A stretch of 64,000 nt of DNA, taken from NCBI GenBank assembly GCA_040220235.1, contig JAVJTO010000030.1. One strand, 5' to 3'. Every line of letters starts with the position of its first letter. Within the stretch, counting starts at the first letter, position 1. The position numbers were made by a program, and so were the translations under genes. Source of the stretch: Coleofasciculus sp. B1-GNL1-01 (GTDB lineage: Bacteria; Cyanobacteriota; Cyanobacteriia; Cyanobacteriales; Coleofasciculaceae). The notes below the pieces were generated by a model. That model did not search any database. It saw nothing but the letters and a program-made list of their open reading frames with translations, and was not told the DNA's origin. Shown here piece by piece: positions 29,313 through 39,090 of the stretch.

Positions 29313-29436
29313 AGCTGTAATGCATTTAAATTGGGTATTAGTAGCGAGCAAGATGCAAAGCCTGCGGCATGGCTTCGCTAAACGCACTACAAGGATTGCG
29401 CCATTATTGATATTAAGGTTTAAATGCCGAACAGCT
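29313..29436. mobile_element. MITE (AGCTG..CAGCT termini, TA duplication)
   Basis: TA|AGCTGTAATGCATTTAAA..TTTAAATGCCGAACAGCT|TA; homologous, in reverse orientation, to 43254-43490. Confidence 0.75.
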
Positions 29437-29740
29437 TACTTTCAAATGCCACGTTCGATAAGGGAATGCCTCGGTTCATGACCTATACATAAGTTTTATT
29501 GTGGTAAACGATTAAAATTGCTAATTTTATAGCAGTAGACACATCGATTAGGATTTTCGACACCATTGTAGAGACGTTGCATGCAACGTCTCTACATGAC
29601 AAAGGTGCAACCCGGTTTAGGCTGCACCCTTTCAGTTGTCTGTATAAGTCGAGGGGTCTGAAAACGTTTAGATTAATCGAGGTAATCAAGGAATAATGAC
29701 CAATTCGTCATTCCTCTACTGCTATGGAAGCAGTTGAGGA

Positions 29741-29932
29741 TCAATAGTTCGCCACTGGCGTAATTTCGTCTCCTAACAAGGGTCCGTACAGATTGGAAGC
29801 ACCCGTTTCGTGACTATTCCAGTTTCCTTGGATAAAGTAGATTCCATCATGGCTGGAAGCCGCGATTTTTCCCGTGTGACCTTTTAAAGAGCCTTTGGTG
29901 ATTTGCACGAGTTCATGTTGCTTGTAAACCAT
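29741..29932 (-). CDS. Small KOW-motif-like protein, copy 1
   Basis: VQITKGSLKGHTGKI; GGAGG upstream; paralog at 31925-32113. Confidence 0.75.
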   Translation of the reverse strand: MVYKQHELVQITKGSLKGHTGKIAASSHDGIYFIQGNWNSHETGASNLYGPLLGDEITPVANY

Positions 29933-30413
29933 TGTGATCCCTCCGTTTCACATTTGTTCAAAAATTAGCTTTTCCTACTTATACAGTATTTTGACAAAAG
30001 TTTTACATCATCAGCGACGATCTTTCGACAGATTTTAGAAATCTTTCAGGTTTACAATGCCTGACAATAACAAAGAACTCTGGAAACCGTTGGTATTGCT
30101 GGGGTCTGAACGATTGGCATCCAAGAGAACAAGCCACAGAGCAGATGGTAGAGGGCAGAAGGTTCCCAGGAAAAGGTATCCAAGTCATGCCTAGGGGTGA
30201 CTTCATCGGATTGGGTATACACCGTTGATCCCCTATAGGAAATACAGCTTTGGGATCAATGGCACTGAAAAGCGTGCTTTAAAACATCATGCCCATCCTG
30301 TCAAGGTAGAACTATTACATCTTTTTTCTAAGGGCAGATCCTCGCCCGGTGATGGATTTACAGTGGAAGTATCGTCTTCTAAATTTCTCCTCATGTAAAA
30401 AGGACGCTAAAAA

Positions 30414-31805
30414 ATGATGGTTAAATCTTACCGCCGACTGATTCTGTCCTTTATCATCATGGTTGGTCTGGTATTCGTGACCTCCTTTCAGTCCGTTGCC
30501 CAGGCTAGTGATGATGTCGTCAATGTCTATTTCTTCCACAGCAAAACCTGCCCCCATTGCCTCGAGCAAAAGCCGTTAATGACTTATATCGATCAACACA
30601 ATAAAAATGTTGAGGTTACGTCGCTTGAGGTTAACGACAATCCCAGGGAATGGCAGGAATTCCAAAAAGCCCGGGGAATCTCGTCCGGCGCTGTTCCCAG
30701 GACTGTAGTTAAGGACAAAATGTTCATTGGCTATAGTGAAGCCGAAGGACCCTTGGAATACACTCCAGTTCATCAAGCTTATATCGGCTACAAAAACCAA
30801 ATTATTGCAGCGATAGAAACAGCCGTCGGATCTCCACTCAATTTACCCACAACTGATCAACAGCAACAAACTAAGACCAGCCCCCCGTGGCAGGTCTTTT
30901 TAATCCCGTTCTGGTATCTCTGTAGTTATCCGTTTTTGAAAGACCAGCTTGAGAAACGACAAGGTAAACGCTATTGGATTGGCGGGTTGCTGGCAACAAC
31001 GATCATCAGTCTATTTGCGTTTCTTGCCCTCACCCCTGATGCTGTAATTAAAACCTTTGCCCAAGGGCTTCCCTTTCCCCTATTTGTCTCTACCATTGCC
31101 CTTGCCGATGGCTTTAACCCCTGTGCGTTTACGGTTTTAGTTATTCTGCTGTCGTTACTCACCTATACCCGCAGCCGCAAGGATATGACCTTGGTGGGGA
31201 CAACTTTTATTATCACATCAGCGGTGATGTATTTTATCTTTATCATGCTGATGGTCTTGGCGGGTTCAGTTTTCCTAGAAAACTATGGCGTTCGATTTAT
31301 GCAAATTCTGGGAATTCTGATTACTGGGGCGGGTCTAATCAATATCAAGGATTATTTTTGGTTTAAAAAATCTATCTCCTTATCCCTCTCGGAAAAACAA
31401 CAGTCAACGATCAATAAACGAGCGGGAACGATTGTCAGAAACCTGAGAAATGCTAAAGGCGATCGCAAGATGTTTCTGGCGGCATTAGCGGGGACGGTTC
31501 TATTAGCTGTCTTTGTCAATATTGTCGAACTTGGTTGTACAGCGATTCTGCCTGCGGTTTACATGACGGCGCTGTTACAGTACTGCTCCGATACAATTGG
31601 CTTGTGTCATATCTCGTGGACAGCGTTGTATGCCGCGATTTACATTATGCCGCTGTTGGCTATTTTAGGCAACTTTATCTATTCGTTTAAGTCCACTCGA
31701 CTCACTGAAAACCAAGGGAGAGTACTGAAACTGGTTGGCGGACTCTTTATGCTATTCTTTGGTCTGGCGATGATCTTTAAACCCCAGTTACTAACCCTTG
31801 GCTAG
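30414..31805 (+). CDS. Thioredoxin/glutaredoxin-like CxxC domain fused to a CcdA/DsbD-like transmembrane domain
   Basis: Signal peptide; YFFHSKTCPHC; ADGFNPCAF and NIVELGCTA membrane cysteines. Confidence 0.85.
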   Translation: MMVKSYRRLILSFIIMVGLVFVTSFQSVAQASDDVVNVYFFHSKTCPHCLEQKPLMTYIDQHNKNVEVTSLEVNDNPREWQEFQKARGISSGAVPRTVVKDKMFIGYSEAEGPLEYTPVHQAYIGYKNQIIAAIETAVGSPLNLPTTDQQQQTKTSPPWQVFLIPFWYLCSYPFLKDQLEKRQGKRYWIGGLLATTIISLFAFLALTPDAVIKTFAQGLPFPLFVSTIALADGFNPCAFTVLVILLSLLTYTRSRKDMTLVGTTFIITSAVMYFIFIMLMVLAGSVFLENYGVRFMQILGILITGAGLINIKDYFWFKKSISLSLSEKQQSTINKRAGTIVRNLRNAKGDRKMFLAALAGTVLLAVFVNIVELGCTAILPAVYMTALLQYCSDTIGLCHISWTALYAAIYIMPLLAILGNFIYSFKSTRLTENQGRVLKLVGGLFMLFFGLAMIFKPQLLTLG

Positions 31806-31924
31806 GACTTATCGCCCAAGGCAGAAGGCTTAAGGGAAGAAGCTTCAAAGGAAAAAGTACCCAAATTATTAAGGGGGTAAAGTTTATTCTCCCCCTGTTT
31901 TCGCATTGTATGAGTGAATTCAAT

Positions 31925-32113
31925 TTAATAAGATAAGGGTGAAATTTCGTCGCCCAGCAGTGGTCCGTATAGGTTGGACATATCGTTTGTTTGATGCGTC
32001 AAGTCTCTGGCAATAAAATAGCTACCTTCATGGCTACAAGAGGCAATTTTTCCTGTATGACCTTTGAGAGAGCCTTTGATGATTTTTACGCGATCGTTTT
32101 GTTGATAGACCAT
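31925..32113 (-). CDS. Small KOW-motif-like protein, copy 2
   Basis: VKIIKGSLKGHTGKI; AGGAG upstream; paralog at 29741-29932. Confidence 0.75.
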   Translation of the reverse strand: MVYQQNDRVKIIKGSLKGHTGKIASCSHEGSYFIARDLTHQTNDMSNLYGPLLGDEISPLSY

Positions 32114-32277
32114 GGTGCAACTCCTAGTTGGACGTTTTTCAATAAACTATTTCATTATATGAGTGTTATTTTTTCAATTCTATGAAGCTGAATCAGCTTT
32201 TCAATAAAGTTTTGGCAAAGTTTATTTTACAAAACTTTACAGTATATCTCCGAAAGATCCCCGACTTCTCTAAGAAG

Positions 32278-32383
32278 CTCCCCCTGCTCCCCCTGCTCCC
32301 CCTGCTCCCCCTGCTCCCCCTGCTCCCCCTGCTCCCTCTGCTCCCCCTGCTCCCCCTGCTCCCCCTGCTCCCCCTGCTTCCCC
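32278..32383. repeat. 9-bp tandem repeat (CTCCCCCTG)n, about 11 units
   Basis: Directly visible in the sequence; it produces the spurious LPL/GEQ ORFs. Confidence 0.95.
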
Positions 32384-33040
32384 TTAGCTATCTCCCCAAA
32401 GCTGGGATAGCTGTTGACGCACCTCAAAAAAGTCATTCCAGGGTAGGTAGGGCTTTTGACGTTCATCGAGATACTGGCGGAGGCGATCGCGGGCGAAGAC
32501 GACAGAGGCGTGCAATGCCATGTTAAAATCCGTTACCGAATCCCCGATCGCAATCTGTTCGTCTGCTGGGTGTTGTGCCATCACCTGAACTTTAGCAACC
32601 AATTCGCTATCCCCCTCAAACTCGGACAATGGCTGGAGATAGTCACCACTGGTATCCACATCTACCGCATAAACCGCCGCCACTCGTTCGAGCAGCGACG
32701 TTCGTCCCCGCTTTTCTCGACCCAACACCGTCTCCACCATACCGCGCAATCCCCCGGAAACCACCACAAACGGTACGCCGCGATCGTCTAGAAAATCGAG
32801 TAATTCGACTAAACCGGGGCGAATCGGTTTAGATTGGGTATAGGTGAGGATATCTGGATATCGAGAGGACGGAATTGATTCTAGGACGCGGCGCACACCT
32901 TCCCGTAGGGTTAGCCGTTTAGCATAAAGTTCGGGCATCACTTGGGCAGATACTTCAGGCGCAAAATCCTTTAACATCCCGGCAAAGGTTTCTACTGCCG
33001 TAATCGTACCGTCGAAGTCACAAAAGACAACTCGCTGCAT
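32384..33040 (-). CDS. HAD-IB family phosphatase (MtnX-like)
   Basis: DFDGTIT motif I; VVSGG motif II; IGDSVTD motif IV. Confidence 0.88.
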   Translation of the reverse strand: MQRVVFCDFDGTITAVETFAGMLKDFAPEVSAQVMPELYAKRLTLREGVRRVLESIPSSRYPDILTYTQSKPIRPGLVELLDFLDDRGVPFVVVSGGLRGMVETVLGREKRGRTSLLERVAAVYAVDVDTSGDYLQPLSEFEGDSELVAKVQVMAQHPADEQIAIGDSVTDFNMALHASVVFARDRLRQYLDERQKPYLPWNDFFEVRQQLSQLWGDS

Positions 33041-33789
33041 TCGAGATCAGAGGTTAGGTTTAACATTGATAAAGATGGTATATTCTTAGCCATCCCACTT
33101 GCTTTATTATGCCGCCTTAAATCTCTCTAAGCAAAGAATAGATCAGATAGTTTTTAATTTTAAGATGAATCGATAAAAATCATCCGGCTACAACCGATAA
33201 AGTTCTGAACGATGGAATAGACCGAAGTTAAGCAAAAGCCTTGAGAAGTCAATGTTCCTTATTTGTGATAGTCCTAACCCTCCTAATACAGGTCAAGCTA
33301 GAGTATTTTCGATTAAGTGATTATTCTCTAATTGATGTATATCTCGGAGTTATTAAAGTAGCAATAACTGAATAGATTTATCTTCAGAACCCAGAAATTA
33401 AGGGCATAGCTTGCTTGCTGCTTCGTGAGTATGACAATAGCTCAATGACCCCATAAGTACAATACCCAATGAACCGGAGTCTCCGTCTCCCCGGCAATAG
33501 GTCAGAGCCACGAACTTACAATGTTTGATCCATAAAGTAAATTGAATTAAATCATTGATATGACCAATAGTTATTGGGTTATGATTGAGTCAGGATATAG
33601 CGGTTCGCGATTCGGTGAGATACACTCTGCTCACAGGAAAAGGATGAGAGAGAAGGGATCAGGAATAACTTGACGTATCTCATCATAACCCGCGAAGAAG
33701 AACCGCGAAGACTATAGAAATCTAGTCCAAAGCGATTAGCTTGATCAGGGGGTATATACCACGTACAATTGTCAACCAATGCGAAAGGA

Positions 33790-34134
33790 ATGACTCTAAA
33801 CTATCCCATCATTGAAACCCAACTCAGACTCATTAGAGCTTTACAGCGCGGATACGCTGAAGCCTTAGAAGCTGGAGATTGGCAAGCGGCGGAGTATCGT
33901 TGCGCTCATTTACATCGGTTGTGTGAAGGGCTACATCATCTGAGTTATTTGCTGGATCGAGGCAATGCTTTATCCACAGTGACACCCCAAAATCAAAATA
34001 ATTGGGTGGGGACTATCCGGGGTAACAATCCGATGCACGCTTTAAATCAGTCCTCGGAGACGAACGAAAAGCCCCTTTCATCACGCCCCCTACCCCCTGA
34101 ACCACCACCGATTGATGAAGTGTGGAATCAGTAA
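33790..34134 (+). CDS. Hypothetical protein
   Basis: ORF with AAAGGA before the ATG; helical N-terminus and Pro-rich tail. Confidence 0.5.
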   Translation: MTLNYPIIETQLRLIRALQRGYAEALEAGDWQAAEYRCAHLHRLCEGLHHLSYLLDRGNALSTVTPQNQNNWVGTIRGNNPMHALNQSSETNEKPLSSRPLPPEPPPIDEVWNQ

Positions 34135-34420
34135 ATGCTTCTAACGTTTCATAGTTGATGAGGGAGATAGGGGAGATGTAGAAGATGAGGAAGATAGAGG
34201 AGTTCACTTGACATTTAACCTTCAGCAAGGGCGAGTTTAATTAAGGTAGGGGTTGTCTCCTGAACGGTATTGGTAAAACCCGCCCCTACACACCCTGTCC
34301 GACTAGCGAAGAAGGGTCAAGACGTGCCATGGCGCGTCTCTACCTTCCTTACTTTCGCCAACCCCATCTAAATCAAAGATTCTAGATAGGGACTGCGCTC
34401 AACTTTCGTTCAATGATTTG

Positions 34421-35065
34421 CTATTGCTTTTCTGTTGTATTCGGTTTTCTACCAATCAGAAGCGCCAGTTCCAGCCATTTCCAATAACAATCAACATCAG
34501 TATAACCAATTTCTCGTAGCCATTTCAGTTGAGTTTCTACATCCAATAATTTATTCGAGGGATCATCGGGTTTGTCAGCAATCCCCATGCAAACGCGGAA
34601 ATGTTCATGGAGTGCTGGTGTGGGAGAGGCGACGTGTTCTAAGTTACAAAAAATACCACCGGGTTCTAGTATGTTGAAGAGTTCAGCATAGAGGGAATAC
34701 TTGCGTTCATGAGTTAGGTGATGAATCGCAAAGCTAGACACGATCGCGTCAAATGTACCTAATTCTGGCAAGGGATGATCTAAATCATGGGTGATGATTT
34801 TTACTGTGTCATCCCCAGCAAACCGCTGTTTAGCAGCATCAAGCATCGTGGGCGAAAAATCGATCGCGATACTTTCGACATGGGGGCGGTCAATTTTCAG
34901 CAGTGCCAAAAGGCGTCCATCTCCAGTACCTAAATCGAGGATACGTTTAACGGTTTTGGGAACCTCTTCTAAGACAACAGCTTCACCTTCAGTGCGATGG
35001 GGGAGATTATCCGATCGCTCTAAATAAGATAGCGCATGGTCAGCCGATGTCCAGAGATTTGTCAT
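34421..35065 (-). CDS. Class I SAM-dependent methyltransferase
   Basis: ILDLGTGDG, IDFSPTML and FDAIVSSFAIHH motifs. Confidence 0.92.
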   Translation of the reverse strand: MTNLWTSADHALSYLERSDNLPHRTEGEAVVLEEVPKTVKRILDLGTGDGRLLALLKIDRPHVESIAIDFSPTMLDAAKQRFAGDDTVKIITHDLDHPLPELGTFDAIVSSFAIHHLTHERKYSLYAELFNILEPGGIFCNLEHVASPTPALHEHFRVCMGIADKPDDPSNKLLDVETQLKWLREIGYTDVDCYWKWLELALLIGRKPNTTEKQ

Positions 35066-35287
35066 TTGTCATTTGTCTTATGTCATCTTTGTAGGTTGGG
35101 TTGAGGAACGAAACCCAACCAGCGCGGGTTAATGCACCCAATCCTAAAAGTCCCAGCACCGTGAGACTACTCAGTTCAGGAACAGAGGGCGTTACGATTG
35201 AGACGGAACGTGCTTTTTCGAGGGGCTATGGCAGAATTATATCACTTGTGCGGTCTATAAAACCTGCTGAGAGTCTACACAAATCTT

Positions 35288-38200
35288 ATGATTGGAACAC
35301 GACTACGGGGGCGCTATGAAATTATCCAACCCTTGGGACGTGGGGGGTTTGGCGAAACCTACCTGGCACGCGATCGCGATTTACCCGGATATCCGTATTG
35401 TGTGGTTAAACAACTGAAGCCGCAGGTGTCGAATTCCTCTGTGTTAGAGGCGTCTCGCCGCCTATTTGATACCGAGGCGCGGGTTTTGTATCAATTGGGC
35501 AATCATGACCAAATTCCTCAGCTTTTAGCCCATTTCGAAGATAATCAGCAATTTTATTTAGTTCAAGAACATATTGAAGGGGAGGATTTACGTCACGAGT
35601 TAGTGGCTGGACGCCGATTGGATGAGATGCAGGCGATCCGGTTAGTCTGGGATATCTTAGAAATCTTAAACATTGTTCATCAACATCAGGTGATTCATCG
35701 GGATATTAAACCCTCTAATTTAATTCGACGGGCAGCGGATGGCAAGATTATTTTAATTGACTTTGGCACGGTTAAACAGGTGAGTACGGCGACAAGTTCC
35801 CCAACAGAGGTGACGATTGCTATTGGTACGCCCGGTTATATGCCTCCGGAACAATGTGCGGGAAAACCGCGTTTTAGTAGCGATATTCATGCGGTGGGAA
35901 TGTTGGGGATTCAAGCCTTAACTGGGGTATTACCTCATCATTTGCCAACTGATCCGAAAACCGGTGAGATACTGTGGCGAGATCAGGTGGCAGAAGCCTC
36001 ACGTTTTCATGACATTTTAGCGAAAATGGTGTGTCAGGATATCCGCGATCGCTATGACAATGTGAGAGAGGTATTAGACGCGATCGCCGCCTTACCATCT
36101 AGTGCGACAATCCCCTTCCCTAGTCAACCTTTACCTCGTCCCATGAGAACTGTAAACAGTTTACCGTCTCAGCTTCAAACTCAGCGCACCCTAGCCGCGA
36201 TCGCGTTTACCGATGGTGTGGGGTTTAGTGCCAGAATGTCGGCGGATGAAGAACATACTCTGGACTTAATTCACCGGGATTTAGAGTTAATGCGGCAATT
36301 ATGTCAGCAGTTTTCTGGACAGACGATTAAGTCTACTGGGGATGGCTTATTAATGTATTTTCCCAGTGCGGTTCTGGCGGTGGATTGTGCGATTGAAATT
36401 CAGAAATCCCTAGCTAAAGCTGCCCAAAGTTTATCGGAAAATGACATTATTTTACATCGGATTGGTATTCACTTAGGCGATGTCTTTGTCAGTGAAGGCG
36501 ATGTCATGGGCAATGGCGTGAATATTGCTGCCCGTTTAGAAGGGAAGGCACAACCGGGAGGGATTTGTATTTCTCGGATTGTTTATGATTTGGTCAAAAA
36601 TCATTTACAGTTACCTACGACATTTTTAGGGGATTTGTCGTTAAAAAATATTACTGACCCCGTACCGAGTTATTTAATTCAACCTGTATCCTCAGAAAAT
36701 AGAACCTATTCACCCCAAAGTTCTCCGTCTAAACCCCAACCGAAACAGACTCGCCAAGATGTACAGTTTCGCCACATATTACTCAATAAAGTGAGAAACT
36801 ATTGGATTAAAGGGGTATTAGAAACCTCATTACATGGTCGCGTCTTAATTGAACTGGGGTTAGAAGAACGCCTCGATTTAGTCGAACGCCCTTGGGAATT
36901 GGTTTGGGAGGGTTCTGGGGAATTCCAGCAAACCCTATTACCGGGAATCAAAGTCAGTGAGAAGTTTCTAGCGATGGGCGAGGGGCGATCGCTCTTAATT
37001 TTAGGGGAACCGGGAAGTGGCAAAACCACGACGCTTTTAGAATTAACTTGCGATCTATTGGATCAGGCGGACGTTGATAGTAATCACCCGATTCCTGTGG
37101 TCTTTAATTTATCCTCTTGGACGGGAGGTAAGCAAACCATTGCTGACTGGTTAGTTAATGAACTGCATACCAAATATCAAGTATCGAAAGATATTGGGAA
37201 AAGCTGGATTGATTCGGGAGAACTGTTACTCTTATTGGATGGGTTGGACGAAGTAAGTATTACATTAAGAGAGGCTTGTGTCACCGCCATCAATCAATTT
37301 AGTAGCGAACATGGCACAACTGAACTCGTGGTTTGTAGTCGGATTCGCGATTATCAAGCCCTACAGCAGCGTTTGAATTTACAAGCCGCCATTTGTCTGC
37401 AACCGCTTACCTTAGCCCAAATTGATCGCTATCTAAACAGTGCTGGGACGCAACTTACAGTCGTGCGCCAAGTTCTGCGATCGGATAGCACCTTACAAGA
37501 CTTAGCCCAATCCCCGTTAATGTTAAGTATTATCACCCTGGCATATCAGGGAATATCCCTGGATGAGTTACCGCAAAGGAGTGGTTTAGACGACTGGCGC
37601 AAGCACTTATTTGATCGGTACATTCAGCGGATGTTTAAGCGCAGACGGGGTCAAGAGAAGTATAACCAAGAGCAAGTAATTAACGGGTTGAGTTGGTTAG
37701 CAAAACGGATGTATCAAAACTCAGAAACCGTATTTTTAATTGAGCGATTGCAGCCGAGTTGGTTAGACACTAAGGCGCAAAAATGGCTGTATTCTCTAGG
37801 AGTCGGTTTAATCGGGGGATTAATTATGGGGTTGGGTGGGGGGCTGAATGTCGAGCTTATGTTTTGGCGGGAAATTACTCTATTGGCGGGATTAATTATG
37901 GGACTCGGTGGCGGATTGATGGCGGGGTTAATTGTCGCGTTGGTTATGAATCAGATTGAACCCGTGGAAACGTTGAAATGGTCATGGGTAAAAGCAAAAC
38001 GGAATCTATTACCGGGGTTGCGAATTGGGTTAACCGTAGGATTAATATTTGGCTTCAGCAGTGGACTCGTTTTCTGGCTGATTACGCCGAGTCAGGAGGC
38101 GATTATTGAGGGGCTAACCTATGGATTGAGTGGTATAGGAACGGGATTAATTTTCGTATTATTGCGTGGATTAACGGGAGGCGGAATTGAGACAAGTACA

Positions 38201-38542
38201 GTTCCCAATCAAGGGATATGGCAATCGGCACAAAATACCTTAATTTTTGCTTTAATTGGGGTAGTTGCTATGGTTGGTTTGGCGCAAATCGTGGGGCTAC
38301 CGATTTTATTTGGTGCAGTGATTGGATTGCTGTTTGGGTTGTTTTCACCTGCGGGAATTGCTTGTATTCAGCATTTCACATTACGGTTAGTGCTGTATTT
38401 TAGTGGGTGTATTCCCTGGAATTATGCGCGATTTCTGGATTATGCGACGCAGCAGATTTTTTTACAGAAGGTGGGAGGTGGGTATATTTTTATTCACCGA
38501 TTGTTATTGGAACATTTTGCTCAGATGGAGCGAAAAATGTAA
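35288..38542 (+). CDS. Ser/Thr kinase - class III nucleotide cyclase - NACHT - multi-transmembrane fusion protein
   Basis: Kinase GRGGFG/HRDIKPSN/DFG; cyclase FTDGVGFS, IKSTGDG, GDVMGNGVNIAARLE; NACHT GEPGSGKTT and LLLDGLDEV; Gly-rich TM segments; GGGYIFIHRLLLEHFA terminus. Confidence 0.9.
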   Translation: MIGTRLRGRYEIIQPLGRGGFGETYLARDRDLPGYPYCVVKQLKPQVSNSSVLEASRRLFDTEARVLYQLGNHDQIPQLLAHFEDNQQFYLVQEHIEGEDLRHELVAGRRLDEMQAIRLVWDILEILNIVHQHQVIHRDIKPSNLIRRAADGKIILIDFGTVKQVSTATSSPTEVTIAIGTPGYMPPEQCAGKPRFSSDIHAVGMLGIQALTGVLPHHLPTDPKTGEILWRDQVAEASRFHDILAKMVCQDIRDRYDNVREVLDAIAALPSSATIPFPSQPLPRPMRTVNSLPSQLQTQRTLAAIAFTDGVGFSARMSADEEHTLDLIHRDLELMRQLCQQFSGQTIKSTGDGLLMYFPSAVLAVDCAIEIQKSLAKAAQSLSENDIILHRIGIHLGDVFVSEGDVMGNGVNIAARLEGKAQPGGICISRIVYDLVKNHLQLPTTFLGDLSLKNITDPVPSYLIQPVSSENRTYSPQSSPSKPQPKQTRQDVQFRHILLNKVRNYWIKGVLETSLHGRVLIELGLEERLDLVERPWELVWEGSGEFQQTLLPGIKVSEKFLAMGEGRSLLILGEPGSGKTTTLLELTCDLLDQADVDSNHPIPVVFNLSSWTGGKQTIADWLVNELHTKYQVSKDIGKSWIDSGELLLLLDGLDEVSITLREACVTAINQFSSEHGTTELVVCSRIRDYQALQQRLNLQAAICLQPLTLAQIDRYLNSAGTQLTVVRQVLRSDSTLQDLAQSPLMLSIITLAYQGISLDELPQRSGLDDWRKHLFDRYIQRMFKRRRGQEKYNQEQVINGLSWLAKRMYQNSETVFLIERLQPSWLDTKAQKWLYSLGVGLIGGLIMGLGGGLNVELMFWREITLLAGLIMGLGGGLMAGLIVALVMNQIEPVETLKWSWVKAKRNLLPGLRIGLTVGLIFGFSSGLVFWLITPSQEAIIEGLTYGLSGIGTGLIFVLLRGLTGGGIETSTVPNQGIWQSAQNTLIFALIGVVAMVGLAQIVGLPILFGAVIGLLFGLFSPAGIACIQHFTLRLVLYFSGCIPWNYARFLDYATQQIFLQKVGGGYIFIHRLLLEHFAQMERKM

Positions 38543-38795
38543 TACCCGTAGGGGCGCACCGACGTGCGCCCTCTTCCACTGACGTGCTATTAGTGTCAAC
38601 TTAAACCCCCTCACCCCCAGCCCCTCTCCCACCAGGGGAGAGGGGAGCAAGAAGGAAGTTTCAGATGTAATATTAGAAGCATCTTTATGTGATGGTTTCC
38701 CTTCTTTTCCCACCTTTATTTCCCCGTTTATCCCTCCCTTTGAAAGGGTGACTAGGGGGGGATAGAGTAGGGTGGGTTAGGCGGAATTAAATCCA

Positions 38796-39052
38796 GGAAA
38801 TAATCCGATAATTGGATATCCGCCGTAACCCACCAATAATGAACACCTTGCACCATTAAAGCTTGGCGAATAGAATTCGCAGCTACACAAACAAAGTCCG
38901 CCTACGCTTTTATTAAACTTGGAAATAATTCGATAATGGGATATCCGCCGTAACCCACCAATAATGCACACCTTGCACCATTAAAGCTTGGCGAATAGAA
39001 TTCGCAGCTACACAAACAAAGTCCGCCTACGCGGACTTTTATTAAACTTGGA
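38796..39052. repeat. ~125-bp tandem duplication of REP-like composite DNA
   Basis: Units start at 38796 and 38921 and share GATATCCGCCGTAACCCACCAATAATG..CCATTAAAGCTTGGCGAATAGAATTCGCAGCTACACAAACAAAGTCCGCCTACGC. Confidence 0.9.
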
Positions 39053-39090
39053 TAAGTAAACTTTCTTTATCCAGCCCAAACCCTATCCTT

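Noticed and set aside
32182..32526. ORFs with LPL or collagen-like GEQ repeats
   Set aside because: These are translation artefacts of the 9-bp tandem repeat.
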